NCBI GenBank assembly: GCA_048939245.1
Contig: JBHLPR010000036.1
Coordinates: 1 to 20,844 of the forward strand
Length of the DNA stretch: 20,844 nucleotides
DNA from: Promethearchaeota archaeon
GTDB taxonomy: Archaea; Asgardarchaeota; Hermodarchaeia; Hermodarchaeales; Hermodarchaeaceae
Direction of reading: 5' to 3'
The notes beneath the pieces were generated by a model that was not told where the DNA came from, ran no database searches, and was given only the letters and a program-made list of their open reading frames with translations. How positions within the stretch are numbered: the first letter of the stretch is position 1; every line of letters starts with the position of its first letter. A program made the translations under genes and the position numbers. This document shows positions 14,607 through 20,844 of the stretch, piece by piece.

Positions 14607-16178
14607 CTAACCGCCAACATCTTCAGGCTTATGGATAGCGTCTGCCATTATTAGGTGTTCATCTGGTTCCTTTCGAGCTTGGGCAGGAACTTCAGCAGGA
14701 ATAGGAAGATCAGGAATACCAGCTTCAGGAACTTCCGGTATTTCATCTGATACTTCACCGAGTATTTCTTCGATGGATTCATCTTTAGGAATTGGGTAAG
14801 AAAACCCTTTACGAATAAGCAGTGCTCCAGTCAAGGCTACAGCAGAAGCGATACCGAAGACTAGCGGAAAGCCAAAGATGGGTAGAAGTTGGCTGATAAC
14901 GAATATCAAGGGAATCGAGAGAAGAAACGCGATTGTTGGTCGAAGACTATACATGCAATTCCGAATCCGATTCGGGAACACATCGAGCATGACCCGTCCG
15001 TTTAATACCTCAGTCATCCGACCAAGAAAATCGGTACCCACGAATAGCACCCAAATTAATGCAACGGGGAGGATCGATAGTATAGGTAATATCATGAATG
15101 GCACAGCTGTGAATGGAATAAACAAGGTGATAAACTGAGCAGCAGGTCCAGGCAATGGAAAGATCGCGGTAATAGCGACTAGACCCATGAAGAAGGCTAT
15201 GCCGCCAAACTGGATGATGCGGAGTCGGGGAATCCACTTTACTGGATCAAACCGCTGAGACACAACACCACTTCGTTCCTGTCCAATTACCATAGGCGCA
15301 AACATGGAGGTTCGGAATGCAGACACGGCAACATCACTCAAGAGATAGCCGAAATATAATGGAAAAAGCAGAATCTCCCACCAGACGATTCCGATGGCCC
15401 ACATCATCATTTCGCCTACCATAGTGAAAGTGACAAACTTTGAAGAGCCCATAAAGCGGATGCCATCTTTGAGAAGGCGACCGTATTCACGGAAGCCAGT
15501 TCGATCTCCTTCTGTCCTCCGTGCCCCTGGAAGATCGCGGATGAGGATAAGCGCCATCGCGGCGAGTACAACGAAAATAACCGCTTGGACTTGAAAGACC
15601 CAGCTACGCCCGAGAATGAAGGCAAGAATACTACCTGGGATGAGGACAATGGTAGAGATGAGCTGGAATAGCATCCCTGCGCGGGACCAGAAAACACCGT
15701 ACTGTTTCCGATCTTTGTCGTTTGGCATCGCAACCCGGTAGTTGTTATCGAACCAGGCCGCCATCGCGCCACTTTCCTGTGAGGCGCCAAGACCCATGAG
15801 CGCATAGATAATGACAAAGACAAAGAATGGTACAACAATGATTGATACGGCATATGCTGTGAGCCAGAAGGCTATCGCATAGCAGATAAGAGCGGATGCA
15901 ATAATCCAACGTTGTCCAATCCAATCACCGATACCACCTGTTGGATAATCCAAGAGGACTTGCACCACGATACGGATGATTACGAGAATGCCGACCATCG
16001 CCATTCCAAGAAGGTAGTCGCCACCACCAAGTACCGTGGCAATGGAGATCATCCAGAATGTGGTGGAAAGTTGGAAGGCAACGGACCAAGTGGAACCGAG
16101 CGTCATAACAATGAGGGCTAGCCTTGTTGCGGTGGGTGATGGCTCAGTGAATCCCAGCATTCGTTGGAAACGGCTCAT
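14607..16178 (-). CDS. MFS transporter
   Basis: About 12 or more TM segments; motif A-like DYPTGGIGDWIGQR, GLGASQESGAMAAW, PNRIRNCMYSL; acidic/Pro-rich C-terminal tail. Confidence 0.88.
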   Translation of the reverse strand: MSRFQRMLGFTEPSPTATRLALIVMTLGSTWSVAFQLSTTFWMISIATVLGGGDYLLGMAMVGILVIIRIVVQVLLDYPTGGIGDWIGQRWIIASALICYAIAFWLTAYAVSIIVVPFFVFVIIYALMGLGASQESGAMAAWFDNNYRVAMPNDKDRKQYGVFWSRAGMLFQLISTIVLIPGSILAFILGRSWVFQVQAVIFVVLAAMALILIRDLPGARRTEGDRTGFREYGRLLKDGIRFMGSSKFVTFTMVGEMMMWAIGIVWWEILLFPLYFGYLLSDVAVSAFRTSMFAPMVIGQERSGVVSQRFDPVKWIPRLRIIQFGGIAFFMGLVAITAIFPLPGPAAQFITLFIPFTAVPFMILPILSILPVALIWVLFVGTDFLGRMTEVLNGRVMLDVFPNRIRNCMYSLRPTIAFLLSIPLIFVISQLLPIFGFPLVFGIASAVALTGALLIRKGFSYPIPKDESIEEILGEVSDEIPEVPEAGIPDLPIPAEVPAQARKEPDEHLIMADAIHKPEDVGG

Positions 16179-16487
16179 TCTTTTCCACTACTTTCGCGTT
16201 TTTGTGTGTGGTGAGAAGCTATTTGGTTGAGTATATTAAAGGAAGACTCACCATGTGAGGTCACCTGTTGTGACTTGTCAATGGATGTTTGTCTTTCCCC
16301 TGTGTCGATTCGATGGTTCAAATCTGTTGAAATGAGTTCACCGAACGACCTATTTTTCTCAATTAGTGAGAATACGCTCTTGTTCTATGATATAAAGCTT
16401 TCCGTTTGGAAGAAGTATTTTATCACCCCAACCTCACATAGACCCTACACAGCAAAAAGCCCACTTGCTTAAATCTCGGTTATAGGG

Positions 16488-16955
16488 ATGAACACAATGT
16501 CTGAAATGCATTCAAAAGAGGATTGCAGACACCAGGTTCGCCGAATGGGAAACCTCTTCGGCCGCCTCTATTATCATTTTGCTAACACCCTCGTCAATGA
16601 ACTAGGACACCAAAAAGGCAAGGAACTAATCCTTAAGGCTGTGCATAGTTATGGGACGGAAAATGGTAAGGAGATTCGTGAGAAAGTATTAGCTCAGGGT
16701 CTCGATTTGACCATGGAGAACTTCTTCAAATTTCAGTCATTACCAGCACTCGGATGGGAAAGCAACGAGGAAGGCGTGACCTACTGTTCCTATGCTGAAC
16801 CCTGGATTGCACGAGCTGAGCAAGAAATTGGGAAGCTATATTGTGAAGTTGATTTTGCGAAGATCAAGGCGTACAATCCTAAAATCCGTGTGAAACGAGT
16901 CACCACAATTCTAGATGGTGACCCTCACTGTTCTTACATTTTTGAAGAGGAATGA
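16488..16955 (+). CDS. L-2-amino-thiazoline-4-carboxylate hydrolase-like (V4R-related) protein
   Basis: LYYHFANTLVNELG...KAVHSYG.E.G, and Cys triad YCSYAEPW...LYCEVD...RVTTILDGDPHCSY. Confidence 0.75.
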   Translation: MNTMSEMHSKEDCRHQVRRMGNLFGRLYYHFANTLVNELGHQKGKELILKAVHSYGTENGKEIREKVLAQGLDLTMENFFKFQSLPALGWESNEEGVTYCSYAEPWIARAEQEIGKLYCEVDFAKIKAYNPKIRVKRVTTILDGDPHCSYIFEEE

Positions 16956-16958
16956 GCA

Positions 16959-17504
16959 ATGCATGTACTAGGTATAGTTGGAAGTCCACGACGTGGTGGG
17001 AACACAGAGACACTGGTTGATGCAATATTAGAGGGAGCGAAAACAGAGGGAGCGCGCATTGAGAAAGTGGTACTAGATGAGCTTGACCTTCGACCATGCA
17101 AGGGATGTTTTGCGTGTTCGAAAACCCACAAATGTATTCAAGACGACGACATGAACGTGTTGGCTACAAAGATGCAAGAGAGCAACGTTTGGGTATTGGG
17201 TACACCTATCTATTGGTGGGGTCCCTCTGGACAATTCAAGATTTTCTTAGATCGATGGGTCAGTATAGCACGGACAATCTTCCGAGGAAAGAAGGTTATT
17301 TTGGCCATCCCGATGGGAGGAGGATCAGAGGCCTATGCTAGACACACTGTGGCGATTTTTGAAGATGTGTTTCAATACCTAAACATGGATCATCTGGGAA
17401 CGATTCTTGCGCCAGGTTCAGACCAACGTGATGCGGTACGCAATGAACAGCAGTTGATGGACAAAGCGCACAGGATGGGTATAGAAACAGCTAAGAAGTC
17501 CTGA
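16959..17504 (+). CDS. Iron-sulfur flavoprotein / NADPH-dependent FMN reductase family
   Basis: GSPRRGGNT FMN loop, compact CKGCFACSKTHKC (Cx2Cx2Cx5C) cluster motif, GTPIYWWG..GQFKIFLDR. Confidence 0.9.
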   Translation: MHVLGIVGSPRRGGNTETLVDAILEGAKTEGARIEKVVLDELDLRPCKGCFACSKTHKCIQDDDMNVLATKMQESNVWVLGTPIYWWGPSGQFKIFLDRWVSIARTIFRGKKVILAIPMGGGSEAYARHTVAIFEDVFQYLNMDHLGTILAPGSDQRDAVRNEQQLMDKAHRMGIETAKKS

Positions 17505-17535
17505 CATAGCTTAGGGACCACTGGAGGATGCTCTG

Positions 17536-18048
17536 ATGGCATCTCTATCACTGAGATTCACACTTGGCTGCAAGATTAACGACTTCAGACAATATTATGA
17601 ATCCCTCAATATGAAACTGACCGACCTCGAAATTAAGATTATTGAGCAAGACCCGGAGCACCTAATCATTTGGCGAGAGAATAATCGGATTGTGGGCCAT
17701 GCGCTCTGGCATGAAGCATCCACTGATGAACACCGAGAAGGCGATCCACGAGATGAAGAGGATAAAGCCTTGTTACGTCTGCTCTTCAAGGGAAAAAGAG
17801 AACTCGTGGAACTTCATGAAGTATGGCTGAAAAAAGAGCATCGGGGCAATGGATATGGCAAACAATTCTTTGTTTTCTTTGAAGACTTCATGCGAGGTAA
17901 ACAGCATACGGAAATCGCATACTATGCGTATCACCCTGCAGCCCTTGCAACTTGTCGAAGCCGTGGATATGAAGAAGGCTGTTGTTTAGAACAACCTGGG
18001 TTTGAAGGAAGAATGGAGACAATGTATGTGTTTCGAATTTCCTTGTAA
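17536..18048 (+). CDS. GNAT family N-acetyltransferase
   Basis: Acetyl-CoA motif A LHEVWLKKEHRGNGYGKQF, plus IVGHA and SRGY; RBS GGAGG. Confidence 0.8.
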   Translation: MASLSLRFTLGCKINDFRQYYESLNMKLTDLEIKIIEQDPEHLIIWRENNRIVGHALWHEASTDEHREGDPRDEEDKALLRLLFKGKRELVELHEVWLKKEHRGNGYGKQFFVFFEDFMRGKQHTEIAYYAYHPAALATCRSRGYEEGCCLEQPGFEGRMETMYVFRISL

Positions 18049-18159
18049 TCTTTGAAGCTGATTAGCAATTTATGTTTATCAAACTTGTCGATGTAAGAAT
18101 GCTTGATATTGAAATCATCAACTGCATTAGAGTCCTGGATTTCTGCTGTTCTTTACAAA

Positions 18160-18211
18160 TAATGTTCAGTAGAATTAGGTCTAATGTTCAATTTTATCGA
18201 AACATATAAAA
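18160..18211 (+). promoter_or_regulatory. Promoter/operator of the ArsR-GyrI gene
   Basis: TAATGTTCA direct repeat at 18160 and 18182 (22-bp spacing), imperfect palindrome TTCAAT-TTT-ATCGAA at 18187-18201, TATA-like ATATAAAA at 18204-18211. Confidence 0.55.
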
Positions 18212-18249
18212 GGGAAACCGACACAACGAAGTCTCGCCGGGATTTTCTC

Positions 18250-19143
18250 ATGAACAATACGGATACTGAAACAGCCTGGAACGTAACCGGAAAACTCGCT
18301 GAAGACCTTGCTGATGTCCTAGCAGCACTTGGAAACACAAAACGGTTACGCATTCTTTCAGCATTATTAATTCGTCCGCGGATATTCAGCGAACTTAAGG
18401 AGCTTACAAAACTAGGCAAAACCGCGTTATCTCATCATCTCGGATTACTTGCTAAGATGGAGATTATCAAACAGAAGGGACGGGGACGCTATGAAATTAC
18501 TCCTGACGGGCATGCGTTTCTGACCGCGATAAGTTCCACATATCTCGATTCGAATCGATATGCGGGGCTGAAGTCGACGAGGACGAAACGGTATATTGAG
18601 AAAATCTATGCAGAACGCAAGGAAAAGGAGATCGAAGATTTGTTTGTACAAGTAGTGGAGCTCGAACCCATGCGCATCGCGAGCGTCAGGGCGTTTAGTG
18701 AATCCCCTGAAAATGATGCCTGGGAGAAGATGCGAGCATGGGCTGAGCCTCAAGGGTTGTTGGATGATTTGAATAAGCACCCAGTGTTCGGATTCAATAA
18801 TCCAAATCCCTCTCCTGGGCAAAAGGAGTATGGGTATGAGTTCTGGATTCGGATAGGGGCGCACTTCAAGGGTGAAGGAGACATCGAAGCCAAGGATTAT
18901 GATGGCGGGTTATTCGCTGTCACGACCTGTAATATCTGGGAGGACATGCAATCCGACTTTGGGAAAGAACATGGATTTCTGGAATCGTGGAAAAAACTCG
19001 TGGACTGGGTGATTCTCAGTGAAAAATACGAGATGGATGAATCCCGTCAAATTCTTGAGAAAGCACATGATCCGAATGCCACATTCAAAGAAATGGTCCT
19101 GGACTTGTATCAACCAATCAAAGAGATTCAGAAACCTTCGTAA
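18250..19143 (+). CDS. ArsR/SmtB-type wHTH regulator fused to a GyrI-like effector-binding domain
   Basis: LAALGNTKRLRIL...FSEL...KTALSHHL..L...II...GRY wHTH; C-terminal VELEPMRIAS...FGFNNPNP...YGYEFWI...GGLFAV...LDLYQPI. ATG 18250 lies downstream of the TATA, whereas the track start 18184 lies upstream of it. Confidence 0.88.
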   Translation: MNNTDTETAWNVTGKLAEDLADVLAALGNTKRLRILSALLIRPRIFSELKELTKLGKTALSHHLGLLAKMEIIKQKGRGRYEITPDGHAFLTAISSTYLDSNRYAGLKSTRTKRYIEKIYAERKEKEIEDLFVQVVELEPMRIASVRAFSESPENDAWEKMRAWAEPQGLLDDLNKHPVFGFNNPNPSPGQKEYGYEFWIRIGAHFKGEGDIEAKDYDGGLFAVTTCNIWEDMQSDFGKEHGFLESWKKLVDWVILSEKYEMDESRQILEKAHDPNATFKEMVLDLYQPIKEIQKPS

Positions 19144-19170
19144 TAACTGTATGAAAGGAATGTAAAGGAA

Positions 19171-19659
19171 ATGAACAAAAAAGATGTTCGAATTGTCAAG
19201 CTTGCGCCGATGCGGGTAGCAAGTGTTGTTGTGATTAGTGAAACGCCCGAACTTGAAGCCTGGGCGAAGCTCCGTGCTTGGGCGGAAAAGAAGGGATTGT
19301 TGGGCGATTTAGAACAGCACCCTGTCTTCGGGTTTAATGAACCGCCCCCTCAACCTGGGAAACGCGAATATGGTTACATGTTCTGGATTCGTGTGGGTGA
19401 TGACATCGAATCCGATAATGTGGTTGAAGTAAAAGAGGTGGAGGGCGGCGAGTATGCTGTCACAACATGTGCGTTGAAAGAAGAATTAGACTCTGAATTC
19501 TTCAAAGAACATGGTGTCCTAGAATCTTGGTGGCGCTTAGATGAATGGGCAAAAGAGCACGGGTACAAATATAGGGGCCATCCAGGGCTCGAGAAACCAC
19601 ATGATCCAGATGCAGGTGCAGACCTCGTATTGGATCTATATTATCCTATAACAAAGTAA
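19171..19659 (+). CDS. Stand-alone GyrI-like small-molecule-binding protein
   Basis: VRIVKLAPMRVAS...FGFNEP...YGYMFWI...GGEYAV...GLE...LDLYYPI; clear paralog of the C-domain of the upstream gene. Confidence 0.88.
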   Translation: MNKKDVRIVKLAPMRVASVVVISETPELEAWAKLRAWAEKKGLLGDLEQHPVFGFNEPPPQPGKREYGYMFWIRVGDDIESDNVVEVKEVEGGEYAVTTCALKEELDSEFFKEHGVLESWWRLDEWAKEHGYKYRGHPGLEKPHDPDAGADLVLDLYYPITK

Positions 19660-19707
19660 AGCACCCTAGATGACATTTACTGGCGTTGCAGGGGAGGTGG
19701 TAGTAAA

Positions 19708-20253
19708 ATGGAAAAAATCTATTTACAGCAGCTTAATTTTGCCGAAGCGACAAAAGCAGATATTCCGGTTATGACGGATGTAATGACTCGCAGCTTTGAT
19801 GATGATTCACGACGATTTCAAGGAAAACCGGAAGGTGGTCCTGATGGCTATAATGACGGTCGATTCTTTACACTGTGGATGCAAAAGGGAAGATGTTGGA
19901 AGATTTTATACGGAGAAAGAATAATTGGTGCATTCCTCATCTTTGAGAATTATCCGCAAAAGGGTTCGAATGTGCTTGGAACGATCTTTCTGGATCCTGA
20001 ATTTCAGAATCAAGGGATTGGTTCCTTTGTAATGAATTATGTGCACCGGACGTTTCCTGCAAAGCGATGGGTGCTTGATACCCCAGAGTGGCACACGCGG
20101 AATCATCACTTTTACGAAAAACTAGGTTATCGGAAGGTAGGTGAACAGGAAGAACCCCATGCAGGTTTTAAGTTACGCATATACCAGAAAGAGATGAATG
20201 GGGTGGTGTCTGGGGGTGGGATGCAACCGCTCTTTCGGTGTCTAGTGATGTAA
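19708..20253 (+). CDS. GNAT family N-acetyltransferase with a C-terminal extension ending CLVM
   Basis: GGPDGYND, LGTIFLDPEFQNQGIG (motif A), LDTPEWHTRNHHFYEKLGY (motif B); RBS GGAGGTGG. Confidence 0.9.
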   Translation: MEKIYLQQLNFAEATKADIPVMTDVMTRSFDDDSRRFQGKPEGGPDGYNDGRFFTLWMQKGRCWKILYGERIIGAFLIFENYPQKGSNVLGTIFLDPEFQNQGIGSFVMNYVHRTFPAKRWVLDTPEWHTRNHHFYEKLGYRKVGEQEEPHAGFKLRIYQKEMNGVVSGGGMQPLFRCLVM

Positions 20254-20271
20254 CTGTTTTTTTCGATATTA

Positions 20272-20315
20272 GACTCCCTGATTGCATAGGGGATGCCCCT
20301 TGAAATCAGGGGGTC
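20272..20315. repeat. Long imperfect inverted repeat (44-nt stem-loop) between convergent genes
   Basis: GACTCCCTGATT-G-CA-T-AGGGG-ATG-CCCCT-TG-A-AATCAGGGGGTC: 19 pairs including one G-U, plus one mismatch and one bulge. Confidence 0.8.
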
Positions 20316-20422
20316 AACACTTTTCTCAGTAAATCTGTTAGACTCAAAGTTGAATGGATGAAGGAAGTTCTAAAAAAATCCTGCTTGCGGTTAACGCTTT
20401 GCTATTTTCTTATTTGATGACT

Positions 20423-20842
20423 TTACTTCATTGCTGTGACTAATGCTTGAAGTGCAGTTTTTTCTGCTTCGTAGACTTCATGGAAGCGCACGCTCAATTC
20501 TTCAAGAAGTGTTTGAAGCTCACGATCGGTGAGTGGGATTTCTTGGCTGAATGCCATTCGAATGTTTTGGATTTTCTTGCTGAGCGTGTTGAGAGAGTTA
20601 GATTGTGCGCTTCCATAGGCTTTGAAAGTATGATGCCAATTAAGAGCAGCTTGCCTGACTTGAATGAGTTCGGGAATATCGTCGTTGAGGGCTGTTGTGC
20701 CAATTTCGTCCCACATGATGCCGATATCTGAGAATTGGTGGGCAACAGGTTTGATTGCTGGTTTCGTTAGGATTTCGCTGGCCTCTTCGAGAAAATCTGC
20801 GTAGGAGGAACGGAGAGCACCGCCATCGCTATTGTGGAAGGC
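20423..20842 (-). CDS. BtrH-like / DUF4872 domain protein, C-terminal fragment (5' truncated by window)
   Basis: The frame of the 20423..20716 ORF stays open to the window end: AFHNSDGGALRSSYADFLEEASEILTKPAIKPVAHQFSDIGIMWDEI... This matches the remembered GG..R..Y..FL.EA...L......A..F......W pattern of DUF4872. Confidence 0.7.
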   Translation of the reverse strand, partial: AFHNSDGGALRSSYADFLEEASEILTKPAIKPVAHQFSDIGIMWDEIGTTALNDDIPELIQVRQAALNWHHTFKAYGSAQSNSLNTLSKKIQNIRMAFSQEIPLTDRELQTLLEELSVRFHEVYEAEKTALQALVTAMK

Positions 20843-20844
20843 GA

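Noticed and set aside
16241-16298. tRNA-like cloverleaf
   Set aside because: Too short, with no T-loop GTTC in the right position and no 7-nt anticodon loop; kept only as a generic structure candidate.
16227-16472. 81-aa Cys-containing ORF in the intergenic region
   Set aside because: TTG start, no family resemblance, and it spans the TATA-like boxes and palindromes. It cannot be fully excluded.
20272-20315. SECIS element
   Set aside because: UGA is Watson-Crick paired rather than forming a GA/GA quartet, there are no apical adenines, and no convincing in-frame Sec codon lies nearby.

Overview
Gene-dense prokaryotic window, very probably archaeal: GGTGA/GGAGG ribosome-binding sites, TATA-like promoters and oligo-T terminators. 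A surface protein with an IPGF-TM-polybasic tail and cadherin-like repeats suggests an Asgard-type archaeon (inference). About 24 CDS, two of them truncated at the window edges and missed or shortened by the ORF track (DUF885-like at left, BtrH/DUF4872-like at right). No rRNA, tRNA, CRISPR array or transposase was seen. Left to right: two tandem ICMT/Ste14-family membrane methyltransferases divergent from a TetR regulator, with a palindromic operator between them; methylmalonate-semialdehyde dehydrogenase plus a degenerate ferritin-like protein; an AdoMetDC-fold pyruvoyl enzyme with a non-canonical DYSH processing site; a 7-repeat beta-propeller/Ig surface protein; two differently fused DUF4332/HhH proteins flanking a surface-anchored Ntn hydrolase; a DinB, crotonase, acyl-CoA ligase and SAM methyltransferase run, divergent from a third ICMT/PEMT; an MFS transporter; and a V4R-like, Fe-S flavoprotein, GNAT, ArsR-GyrI, GyrI, GNAT cluster. 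Best leads: a duplicated-domain ArsR-GyrI/GyrI/GNAT 'sense-sequester-acetylate' module, an integrase-N-domain/DUF4332 fusion with a membrane-tethered paralog, the DYSH decarboxylase, three ICMT paralogs near a protein ending in a CaaX-like CLVM, and an orphan 44-nt hairpin. All family calls come from motif recognition by eye; no database searches were run.
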